Shown here: positions 1-12,237 of the stretch, one piece after another | Position numbering within the stretch: position 1 is the stretch's first letter | Layout of the letters: each line of letters begins with the position of its first letter | Source: Bispira polyomma | Lineage: Eukaryota | Reading direction: 5' to 3' | DNA: 64,000 nt | Assembly (NCBI GenBank): GCA_965649765.1 | Contig: OZ287751.1 | Span: forward strand, 88,660,001 to 88,724,000 | Position numbers and translations under genes: made by a program | The notes under the pieces: generated by a model | The model's input: only the letters and a program-made list of their open reading frames with translations | What the model was told of the DNA's origin: nothing | Databases searched by the model: none

Positions 1-1480
1 TCTGTTTGTTGTTGCATTCCACAGTGTTTCCGACACAGCCCCCCCCCCCCCCCATGTAAATAGTTCACTATTATTTGACTTGCCCTGCGTTCACACTGGC
101 ACATTTATTCTTTTTCTCAAGTTTAACTTGTTTGATGCAGCTTAATTACACAACTAGAGTCTTAGGTTTGAATGGAATTAGCCTATACCTCAGGGTTAAA
201 GTTTTAAAATACTGTCACTGATAACTAAACATGTTCTTCTGATGTATTAGAAGAAATCAACTTAAAAAATCCTTTTTAAAGTTATGTATAAAACATTTCT
301 TATCAATCCACTAACAAAATTCATTTCCCCCCATAAATGTTCATTTTATTTTAAATAGGAAAACCAATATCACTCCACGCTAATTTACACGATTTTACTG
401 TATTCAATGCTTAATACCTGCCTGGACACTGAACCCGGATTTAGTCCTATCCGGTTCAATCCCAAATCCGGGTCAATTTGGATTAGTGTGAACGGGGCCT
501 TTGTCCTTCAGTTACGTAACTTGATACACACTGGCAGTCTTGTCATTCTGGCCCACCCAAATTACTTCCCGTAATTATACGGATAGAAATGCTTGTTTTC
601 CTACAGAAATGCATAACAACATAAGGAAATTTTATCATTGAGCGTGTATTGGGGAAATAACACTACAAATTTCCTTGGCGTGAGAATTGTTTATTATGAT
701 AAAATAATGTAAAAAATTTTTCAGAAAGTGGTAGACCAAGAAGAAATAGGAGCCACATGTGTTTTAGCAAGATATTTGATAAAATATAACTGTTTACATA
801 CAAGCTGATGTTCCTGTAAGTAGAAGTCACTGCTAACGCCAATTTGCATGGCCCTTCAGTCGCAGAAATTACCACCTGTACAGTATTGGTTGGTAACAAA
901 CTTGTTTACCAACTAGCAACCAATCACATATTTTAGCTGGAATGATTTACCGCCTTTTCTGTAAATATGCCACAAATAAATTAGATGGTAAAGTGACAGT
1001 ATGTAATCATTGGCTTCTGAACCCACCCCTATTTTGAAGGGAAAACCTGTTATATGGGTTATTGTGAGGTTATGTAACTTTTCTATTGTGGGTCAATTGA
1101 CCCCTATTTTGATATATTATGTATGGCAATGTTTTAAAAATGTTAAACATTTTAAAAAAACATTGTATAAATAATGCAAATACATACATAGATGTGAAAA
1201 TAAATATCCCAAACTAGCATCAGACTTCATTACCTCCAAAAGGTCAACAACTAACACTTGCAACTATCAGCTGACCATACAGGTCAGATAAATGGCATAT
1301 GACCTTTAAAGGTCTAAATCAATAAGCCTTCATTTGAATACTTTTGACATTACAGGTCACACTGGTACATTTCATAGATGACTGTTACTTATATCAGACT
1401 TAATGAACTGTACATGTACATATACTCATTTTATATACCAGGTACCAGTGCAGGTACATAGTTATATAATACCTTCGTTA

Positions 1481-2112
1481 AGCCCCAGTCCTACCAGCCT
1501 TTACGCACGCAGCCGTTATAAAAATCTATTTGCATAGGGTTTGGGTATTTGCAGGAGCTGACATAATATTCATAAACATACATAACCTGACGTAAGCAAT
1601 GACACGCAAGAAATTCTTACTTTCAAACCGTTTGAAATTTGGACAAGCAAGAGATGTAAAAACATGACATACTGAAACATGAACTTTTGCGTGTGGTTTG
1701 ACGTAACCAAACGAGTGTTAAAGTAATACACGTAATACAGCATAACATTATATACAAATTGACGTAGCATTACCTATATCAATGTAAAAAATGTAACTTT
1801 ACAACAGATTACATAGAAAAACGTAAATACAACATAATAAATTTCTGGGTTTAACGTAATATTATGGCCTTTGACGTCTCCATGTGCAGTGTCTCATAGG
1901 TATTTGCGTGTCTTTGCATAAGCCTACGTACACATTTACGTGAATCATTGCATCAGCTGCGTGTCTTTATAGGTATTGATGTACAAATAAGTCGATCTCT
2001 GCGTAACTTAATGCCTTTGACGTAAATAAATCGACTTCCATGTTGCAACAAATATTTGCACAAGCCCTGCATGGTTAAAATAGACTAACGTCAACCCGGT
2101 GGGACTGGGGCA
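1481..2112. mobile_element. PIF/Harbinger-type MITE (family A)
   Basis: TIR gccccagtcctacc (1482) / ggtgggactggggc (2098-2111), 13/14 match; TTA on both sides (1478-80, 2113-15) as 3-bp TWA TSD; homologous inverted copy at 40484-40875. Confidence 0.8.
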
Positions 2113-2773
2113 TTAGTGGGCGGACACATAAAAATTGTCAGTTAAATATATATAGTTATTAAACATTGAAATAGTATTAAATATGAATAATTGGACAGTA
2201 AACAAATTAATTAATATCTTGGGACATAAGGTCACTCTCTTATTTACCTAGTACATAATGTGTTCTCATATATTTTTAATTTCACATAATCTCAAAATTC
2301 CTTAAAATTTAACTCATCTTAAACTTAAGCTAATGTGACCTTTATGTCTTATGCTGTGGTCACCCTAACTCCTACAGATCCCCAACTCCCCAAGTCAGTA
2401 AAAGATATTACCTGCTCATAATAATTTTTTATTAGTTTTTATACATCCTACTATAATTAAAACTAAAGAAACCTACAAAAGAAGGTGCTCGCCCATACCG
2501 CTTATACATGATTACATTAAAACACAACACAGGGTCGAGCACCAAACACTCGCTGTCAGTAGATCAGCTAAACAACAATACACATTTTAGGCAGGCTCCA
2601 TTAACCCAAACCTAGCCCTTTAAACATCATAAAACCCAATACACGATAAGCTAGTGTTAAACCTAATTAACACTAGGTGAATTAACTCCCGTTAATCTTT
2701 AGATTACTGATAAACTTAAACTCAACAGATTATCACTTAATGCTGAGATTTATGTTACAATTTAAAACACTAA

Positions 2774-3437
2774 TGCCGCGGTCACACTGGTCTTACATTT
2801 CGATTACGCACAAAAAACGGCTAAAGTAAGCTAAAACGTAGTGAGTGTAAATAAAACACTAGTAAACGTAAGTAAACATAAGTAAAACATGGTTCCTTAG
2901 GTTTAGTTATTCCCCGTTTTTTAAAAAACATCATAATTTTTAGACTGCTCGACATTTTTTACATTTTTAGCTGTTTGCTAAAAGAATTCCGGAAACGGGT
3001 GGTGCGTTTGTGGCAAACGTATGACACATATTCAATGCCTATTTGATATAAAGGACGGGAGTAAAACAAACTATAAATACAAATAATAATAAGGACGAGA
3101 AGAACGATAACAAAACAAAGTTTACAAACTTTAAAACTAGGAGAACGAGACTGAAACGGGTTTAAAAGCGGCCAACGTATTTCTAAAAATGTGGCTAATG
3201 TGCCTAACGACACTAACAGATTATTAAAACGTGGCTAACGAGTTAAACATATTTGAAACGGCTATTAAAGTGTATTCAATGTGTGTACAAACATGTACAG
3301 ATATGTACTAAATGTGTACAAAACGGCCCACACATAGATTTTTTCTACGATTCCCGATTTTTCCACAGTTTTTCACTTCGTTTTCTTCTGTTTACGAAAA
3401 AAAACGTAGCGCGAACGTACTCAGTGTGACCACGGCA
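2774..3437. mobile_element. PIF/Harbinger-type MITE (family B)
   Basis: 16-bp TIR tgccgcggtcacactg / cagtgtgaccacggca (15/16); TAA TSD at 2771-73 and 3438-40; internal aaacg(t/g) subrepeats. Confidence 0.85.
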
Positions 3438-4926
3438 TAAGACCAAGAGTAATTACCCACTTTACCTAATCGCTGGTATGCATGAGAGCATAATAGCTCT
3501 ATTTGGCAAGTATATAGCAAGTGCACTCCACCTAAGCGAGCACATTTACAGGCTATTAGATAGTTTCTACACAAATTACCAGTTACCTTAGACATTATTA
3601 TTACCACTAAGAGCAGCACTAATGATATAAGCATGAGAGCATAATGACCCTACTTGGCTATTGTATAACAAGTACACTATACCAAGCCATTATGACCTAG
3701 TGACCTAAAAAATTTTTTGTAATTGTTTAACCTAACACGAGTATACCTGACTTATATATATACAACCCCTTTAATACGAAAAATGATAACTGAATACCAT
3801 ATTTGGGGTTAAAAGTAAGCCCACTGATAGATGGCCAAACCCCCTTTTCATTTTACCATCTATAATGTTGGGAGGATGGGAGGCAAGTCTTTCTATGATA
3901 TGGTAATGTGCAACTGAAGTTTAAATGAAGAATAGCCGCTACTGCGACATACAAATAGAGGACAGAAACTGGCCGACCACAAGATTGGAGATGGCTAAAG
4001 TACAAGCAGTATTTCGAGAGAGCTAACTAAGGGGGGAAAGACATGAACCCCGAGATGCCTTGTGCTTCTTGCCATTAGAAAACCTACCTTTTTTTCAGAT
4101 TGGGCTACCCCCTCCTTAGTCACCCTTTCCTTGGTGGGTGCTTTATGGTAACAACCTTTTTCTTCCCCCTGGATCTTCCCTTTTTGGATATCAGTGCTTT
4201 AATTGGAGGATGTTCTTATCAATTTGCCACTCTATAAATGTTTTTTTAATTATTATTAACACTGTACAGTAGCTATATCCAAGAAATCTAAAGCTCAACT
4301 TAGACCCAAGCCCTAAATGTTAGTGGCCGTACACATATTTAAACTCAACTCAGATTGAATCTTAAATCTAAGGTCCACAAAGCTATGGTGAGAGTGACAA
4401 GTAAAGGTAAAAGCTAGCATTAGCAAATATGTGAATTTAACGCTGAAATGAGTTTTTTGGTAAACTGAATGATTTACAAATATAGGTTCTCTCTATTATA
4501 CAGAATGACTTTCACACAGTCTTCATGTAAGTTTAAGTTTGAACTTAATGTTTTATTTTTTTTTAAGATAATACGGCGACAGGTCTCCATATCTTTAAAC
4601 AGAGTGAAGCTCTCATTTCACATTTGCTGTCAGCATTAAAAGCTCTAGTATAATCAAATAATTAGTAGAAAACTTTTGTGTCAACATACTTCTATCTCGC
4701 CTTAGTTTGAGTTTAAGTTTTATGGAGAGAATATAGGCTCAGGCGTTTAGTGTCATTAAAGTTTAAAGTCTCTTTTCACCTTTTCTCCTTCTTTTCCCAT
4801 CCTGATATTCTCTAAAAACACAAGACACAAGGCTGTTTTTAAGAAATTCGCATATCTTCACAAATATTACCCTAATGGATATATACAAATTAAAATTTTC
4901 ACTGGGTATTAATTTTCACCTTCCAA

Positions 4927-5203
4927 AGGGGTGAATACACCTGTCTGATTTTGCTTCAGAATCCGCCAACCGACGTCCGTTTCTGTCATCCGAGAAAAAA
5001 TCTAAGAAAACAGAGAAATAGGATACACCTAACCCACATCACCTCCGAATCAGGAGCCGATTGCTCCTTGTTTCAAAAGAGGAATACTACAAAATTCGGC
5101 CAGTTTTTCGGATGTAGTGTATCTGCAAATTCAGACATCGGATGACGGAAACAGACGTCGTATGACGGATTCAAACGGAAATCGGCCAGGTATATTTTCC
5201 CCT
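4927..5203. mobile_element. Fold-back MITE with ~65-bp imperfect TIRs
   Basis: Left arm aggggtgaatacacctg...cgacgtccgtttctgtcatccga matches the reverse complement of the right arm tcggatgacggaaacagacgtcg...caggtatattttcccct. Confidence 0.7.
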
Positions 5204-6252
5204 TCAGACTGATAAGCTAAAGGTTCCTCTTACACAATAATTATTGTGGCAATTAAGTGCTTCAGTAAATCTACTGAACACATTCTATCAGTCAAAGGCA
5301 AAACTTTAAAAAAAAACAATTAACTGAGGATCTTAAAATTCTAATTTAAGATAAAAGGAATTCTTTAATATAATATTGTGTTTCAAAATTATTATCAATA
5401 ACCAACCAACAAAAAAAGGGCACAAATATGAGCTGCATACTGTCTTGACTCCCTATGCCGAGTAGAATTCCAATGTAGTTCAGCTAACTAGAATATTGTA
5501 CATCTTTAAAATTTAGTGTAAAAAATCATTGTATTTCTATCATTTAGGCATTCCGCCACATAAAGTAAGTAGTATCACACCCGTCTGGCTCAAATTTACT
5601 GGGATATACCATAGTTAATCACGATTTTCAATATTAAAAGCAATATAATAGCCTTTTAGCTCTGGTTAAGTAGACTATACATGTATTTCAGGGATTTTTT
5701 AGAAGTTCAACTAAGACCACCTTGCTCTGAGAAGCTAGCCTATATTGTAGTGTATTCCTGCCTTGTGGGATTCAAAACACTAATTGATCTTTTCTTGCCT
5801 ACACAGTCAACTAGCATGTGTAACTCCCATTCGCCTAATTGAACAAAACTTGAATCTCCTAACTTGAGGATAAAACTGTTTATCAACGTCCCTAATGTTC
5901 TTGAGGCTCCAAGTGGATATATGACTCAAATGACAGAGAATCATCATTTTAAGTGGTCAACCGAGCCACTATGTTTCTGCCTTTACCTGAAAGCCTGGGA
6001 TAAAACTCAGGTCCTCCATGTTGTTGGTTTTTCGCTAGGTCACAGTAGCAGATGTTTAAATTTTAACTACATGTAGCAACACAGTAGTAATACACTCATT
6101 TGGATATTTTCAAACTATTCATTTGGATATTGTCAAACTATGCGTCATCCACAGTTATATAAACTACTATAAGCTGAATGCACTAATCAAAGTACATCAT
6201 TTAAGTCTGATTTACTAGACTAAATCTTGACCTTACTTTAGTGACTGGTAAA

Positions 6253-7846
6253 TCAATAACTGACCCATTTCCATGTGTTCATCCTGTTGCCTTTCCATTG
6301 TTTCAGGACATTATAGAGTGGGTCACCTGGGGCTTCAGGAAACTGTGCTCTCACTTGTCGCAAGGCATGCAGTGAAAAATCTGGTGTGAGAACTCCTGGA
6401 AATAATAACACAGTAATTTTCATTATTAAGACTGATAATGAAATTATTAACATACAACACGCTAAAATACATGGACTATTGCTTGTGTAACATTTCCAAA
6501 AGATGATAATCGAAAAGGAAACATTTTGAAAAAAAACCTGTAAAACATTTACATTCCAATGTTAAAAGCACACTTTTTTTGGCAACAGCTAGAACTGAGA
6601 TTAAGTACAAGCTTACTATACTTTCCCTTTTGTTTCCGTCAGAATGACTTGATGAGAAAGTTTGTCTGGAAGCAAATCTGGGAAATTCAAATTTAGGTTC
6701 TCATATATTCTTAGAACTCTTACCATCATCAACAAGACATTGCAGAAATGCTTTTGCAGCATCCAGGGCCTCTGGACTAGGCAGTTTGTCCACAAACTTG
6801 CCGATAAAGGCAAAGCCTATTCCATCATTCCAGCCTTTGGCAGTGGCTGCTTTATACTGATGGCCGCGACCTTCATAGATATGGCCATCATTACACACCA
6901 GGTAGTTGTAAGAGATGTCAGCGAATCCTATATATATATACATGATTATTCGTACATTTAGAAGTACACATATACACATTTACAAGCACTTGTAAATTTT
7001 AAAAGTTTAAGTAGTATTGGTATATTCTATGGTATCATCTAAGTCATTCATTCAAAATGTATTATCATTTTTTTCTAGAAGCTTGATACAATCTGTCATT
7101 ATACCATATTTGTCACAATACAGACGATAAAGCATCTTAATTACAGATTTTCTAAATGTACTATTATATATTTAGTATTTATCTATCTCGCATCTATAGC
7201 AGTAGGATTAAAAAATAAGAATATTACATACAAAAAATTTACTTCCCTTTATTTCTATCTTACAGTATAAGTTTAAAGCCTAGTTATTACTATTATGATA
7301 AGAGCCCCTTGGGATGAGACAAACATGTCAACGTCCCCAAATATCTTTGGAGATAGGACCCAGTGACTGAGAACAGCTATTTTAAGTTGTCATTCGAGCC
7401 ACTACGCAAAGGCGTGTTCACATTTTTCTTAAAGATGTTATACCACCATGAAACTAGTGTCAATTATCATTAGTTGAACTTGTACGGATGAGCTTCTACA
7501 AGCTACAACTTGTACAAATTTTACTCGATCACCAGACCAACCCTCTGAACTAAGAGTCGAACCAGGGACTTTCTGGTCACTAGACCAACTCTTTAACCAT
7601 TAGACCACCATACAATGGATCTGTCACCTCTTTGGAAGCCAACTTGTTGCAAGTTTTTCATGGTAGCAAGGCATTCTTCTGTGGTCTCTATTCTGGCTGT
7701 GTCTGCAGTGTGACTTACTATCACATGCTTAGCAGGGTGTGGTAAGTTCATCTTGATTCCCTAGAGATACAGAAGCACCCCAATGACCTTGTCTGTGGAT
7801 CTGTATGATCCCTGCCTCTGTAATAGATTGTCACAGGATACCGGTC
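6253..7846 (-). CDS. PGRP: Peptidoglycan recognition protein (amidase_2 fold) domain exons, non-catalytic type, possibly pseudogenised
   Basis: GT-AG exons 7846-7628, 6927-6724 and 6395-6253 give LPHPAKHVIVSHTAD..ECLATMKNLQ..GFADISYNYLVCNDGHIYEGRG..GIGFAFIGKF..PSPEALDAAKAFLQC..GVLTPDFSLHALRQV..EAPGDPLYNVLKQW. In-frame TAG at 7763-7761. Confidence 0.85.
7285..7610 (-). mobile_element. tRNA-derived SINE in a PGRP intron
   Basis: Minus strand begins ggtggtctaatggttaa (A box) and includes ggttcgactc (B box); AAT-rich tail. Related core fragment at ~43425-43475. Confidence 0.65.
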
Positions 7847-8676
7847 CTATATTCTCTGAGATACATTATACTGTATCGGTGAATATATTATCATCCATTT
7901 TACTCTTAGAATGCTTATTGATTTTACATTGCAGTTCTTCCAAATTGTGTATTCTCGACACATGACATTGTCAGTCAAATATAAATAGTGTATATGAATT
8001 TGCTACTAGACATGGTGCATGCTTGGAATAAATTCAGTATATTATGCTTTACTGTAATATAAACATAAGCATTCCTGTAGGATCTATGTTTATATGAAAA
8101 TTAAAATATAGTAATTGCAGATATTGTGATAGTTGAGCAAGTTTAGGCTCATATTCATCATGCTAACACACTCGTAAACCACATACAATCTTTTCATATT
8201 TATGGGAATAACATGGACATGACAGCGATAAAGCTTTTAAATTTTTTTAACCCCTTTGACTTCAAGAAAAAAATATCGTCGAGAACTGAAGAAATATATG
8301 GTTACCGATAACTGGAGACACTAAAACACACCACAGACTACTTCCAGCATTTAATAACGGTATCACATTTTATTTGTTAAACAAAGGAGTCTGCTGTACT
8401 AACAATTTGTCTATTGCGCGCAACTAAAGGAAATTGAAAAAAATTATATGGAGTGTCGACACAAGTTCTTGGAGTAACAAAAGCAGTGAACTACTTGCCA
8501 ACATAGTACTTGCCGAGATAGTAGGGGTAACAAGGACTAATAGAGCTTTCAGTCAGAAGCCCAAATATTCATTTAGATTTGATATATCTTTATTGCACAG
8601 AAATATACATGCAGTCATGGAAATTAGTATTGTTTAACTTAAGACCTTGTACATATACATAGAGCCCCAGGTGTAC

Positions 8677-11600
8677 CTGTTAGGAGATTATCTGATTTCA
8701 CTGGTCCTGGTAGGTTATCTATGTACACAGGTTCCACACCACACCACCTTTGTGCAGGTTCATGTTTGCCACTCAATCCCATTGTGTACATCAGAACCGC
8801 TCCAATTAGTAATGCCACCCTACAGAACATATCTACAAATATCACAGGGTCCTTGAAACCTACACACACAAATTATGGTCATAAAATCAGCACTAGTTTT
8901 TTTCCTCTACATAGACAGAAAGCCCCCAAAATTTTTATTGTCATGGCAACAAAATCAGGATTTTGGGGGAAACCCAAAAACAATTTCAAGTGGGTGACAG
9001 CCACCACAAAACCACACATCAAATTTAATGATAACATCTGTAATATTAAATCGAAGTTTAAGGTTTTACGCCCCGTTCCACAGCCAGGGTCATATTGGGA
9101 CAGGCCCACAGCATTTGTCACTTGTGTGAGGCGAACCCACATAGAGGTGACAGCCTGTGATTAGATGTCAAACTTGCTAACCACTTGGCCACTGGGGACC
9201 TCATCTGTAATATAATAATATGCAAGTGTGCTAAAGGGGTCGTGTGTGTTTGTCGTGAAAGAAACAAGAGCACCAATAAAAATGTAAGAATTTGGTTCTT
9301 ATACTCTTGTTGGCTGCAGCTCTAAAAATTATTTTAAAAGGGGGTGCAGGGTATGAACAATTATTTATTAACATATCATTAATACAGAGCCGTTTTTTGC
9401 TCCGCAAGGCGCTGGTCTTGAGCAAGTATATTGCCAACATTCCCACATACATACCAAAGCCAATATGATTTGAGTCTGACATAGACTAAGTTTTATGTCC
9501 CCAGACAATACTTGGATTTAATGATGGCACATGGTGAGGGACAGATCGCTTTATTATACCAAATCATTGTAAATGTGAACTGGCACCTATTATAGAAAAA
9601 CTATCATCTTTCCATTTATTCTGTACTTGTATACTGATTATTACAATAGCTGTACACAATATTATAACTTATGGCCAACCTAAAAATAATCGAATATTTA
9701 AATATCATTATTTGAAAATATTGCCGTATATTTCCCATTGTATAGTATATAGTAAACTGCCTTGTCACATTTACAACGATTTGGTACAGTAAACAACTCG
9801 GTCCCTCGTCATGCTCCATCAGTAAATCAAAGTATTGTAGAGGGACAGAAAACTCGGTCTAAATCTTACATTTTGAAATTCAGTGATTCTCAGTATGACA
9901 TTTTTATTAATTAAAAATATATTATTTTTATTAACTAAAACTGATGTATTCCAAGAGGGATATGTTTTGTCATTAATTTCATGTTTAAAACAAGATTTAA
10001 AAGTAACTCCAGACAGTCAATACCTCTGTCCAAAATCAATTGGTTACATTTTTTTAGTCTGACTTTACAATAACACATTTACTTTGATGAAGCTTGTTAT
10101 TATGCATCGCTTTGCAGCATTGTTGACAGTTTTCATTTATTCTTTTCATATTGCAGAAATAGTGGAATACTTGACTCACTCACCCCTGAATGAGACTATA
10201 TCTCCTTTTATATAGCGACGGATCACCCTCCGTACTAAGTCTATCAACACTGCCACCAGTAAACCCTGGATCACCTTGTATGACCATCCATCTAAAAAGA
10301 AAAAAGGAATACAACTTTTTGATTTAAATAAATAAAATAAAAGGCTGATGAAAGATCTACATGTGGGCCTATAAACTGTATTACAAAACTTATGTGAATG
10401 TTGGTGGGGCTTTTTGCATGCGGCCTCCGATATCCGACGTCCTATTTGCGACAATGAGTTTTTCTCTTCTCAAATTTTTTTATTATTTGTTCACATGTAT
10501 CAGACTGCGAATTGCGATGCACAATTAGTGGTTTCCGAATCCGAAATATTTTTGGTCCAGGAGTGAAAAAAAATCGGGTGAGAATGTAAAATCGCACTGT
10601 TCAAGGTGATAATATAATCATTTTATTTAAGGAGGGGAGGGGTGGTAACGAAAAATCGCACTTCACAAATCAGACGTCTAATATCGGAGGCCACATACAT
10701 GTGTACTTACACTTAGGCGTTGTTTCCATGCTTATATGTCTGATGCTCATTTCATATCATACATATATGTCCATAAAGCAGTAAGGGTTAAGTGTAATGT
10801 GATGTTTGTTTGTCTTATTTGAATGTCTATACATTTTAATGTTAATTGTGAAATCAAAATGGAAAATGTGCAATTTACTTAAATTATCTACTTAAAGTCT
10901 GCGTACCTCTACAAACAATACATATGTTCAATTTCTGACTCTATAGATTTATAATTAAAGCCAATTTTATACATGGCTTCACTAAAGGTCTTAAGTCTAG
11001 TCTTAGATTTAGGCTTGGGATTTTCTCTCAAATCCAAGACCACGTAGGGGTGGCTTTGATACTAAGATTATCTAAATATTTTAACTATTTTACTGTTGTG
11101 AAATTCAGTGTGACATCATCATTAATGGAAAAGAATTATATATATATATATATATATGGCCAAATCTCACAGAGACTAACATAATAAGTATGTGGTGAGA
11201 ACATAGTGACTATTTGAGTTTACCTCACGTGAAACTGATGTGGGTGAAATAATTTAGAATTCTAACATGTACACCTAACAATCAATACCAATGTGTGCAA
11301 AACAAATATCCAAATAAGGGTATCCTTTCAAAAAGTGAGGGGACAATTTCCCGTTGAATGAATTTAATGCAACACATTTTCTTTGCTTTATAATATGATA
11401 TTAGAAACTTCAACTAAATTCATAGGAAATACAAAATGTCCATAACTCACACAGTGGAAATTTTGGACAAAAATTGATTTTAGCTAATCAACTTGGATAG
11501 TAAAATTTAATTCTGAGTTAAAAAAAAAATTAATCTATCAAGTAACATATGTGCAATAGCGATACTTGGTTCCAGGATATTTAATTAAAAACGGCAAATT

Positions 11601-11772
11601 AGTAAAAAAAAAATTCCACTGAGTACAGTATTTACAACAATAAACAAAAGTCTTTACCTGTTTGAAACAGTGTCATTTTCAGTGTATGTATGTAATTGTC
11701 TTCTGCTGGGAAATGTCTCAGCATCACTACACCTGCCAGTATAGACCCTGTTTTCCACAGCAAACCATCCAT
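8677..11772 (-). CDS. Putative upstream hydrophobic exons of the PGRP gene
   Basis: Exons 11772-11658 (ATG; MDGLLWKTGSILAGVVML..), 10291-10184 (108 nt) and 8832-8677 (156 nt). All have GT-AG boundaries and phase-1 junctions that chain in frame into the exon at 7846. Confidence 0.5.
9050..9200 (-). mobile_element. Short tRNA-derived SINE
   Basis: A box tggccaagtgg, B-box-like ggttcgcctc; tail gtcccaatatgacc..ggcgtaaaacc resembles the SINE at 61696. Confidence 0.7.
10415..10699. mobile_element. MITE with ~28-bp TIR
   Basis: tgcatgcggcctccgatatccgacgtc versus reverse complement tgtatgtggcctccgatattagacgtc. Confidence 0.7.
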
Positions 11773-12237
11773 AGTATTCACTTTTTAACACAAACTATCG
11801 CACATATAACATAGAAGTACACTTAAATACCGTCTAAAATATAAGCTTGCTATTATAAGGTAATATCATTGATTTGATCACCACATTTTTACCACAAAGG
11901 CGAGTTGCCACGCTTTTGAGGGAGGGTGGAATTTCCCAGTGTGGTTATATGGTATGTATTTCTAATTATAGCTTGTTTGGCTTCTCAAACAAGTCTTTTT
12001 CCAGAAAATTGGGTGCTTTCATTATTCTCATGTTTACGTGCTAAAACGGTGTATGGGTGTGTGTTTGCATGTGGATTTCCAATTGTAGCCTGTTTGAGGT
12101 TTCAAATAAGTCTCTGACTGGTAAACAGGGTAGTTTCATTATTCTCAATATTGTTTATGTGCCAAAACTGCATATGAATGTTTGTGTGTGTGTATTTCTA
12201 GACTTCAATTAAAATAAAATAAAAATGAAATAAAATA

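Noticed and set aside
83-499. Harbinger MITE with cgttcacact / agtgtgaacg ends
   Set aside because: Only 10 bp match and there is no clear TSD; possibly a remnant.
8721-9164. 147-aa plus-strand ORF
   Set aside because: It spans an antisense exon, an intron and a SINE, so it is a chance ORF.
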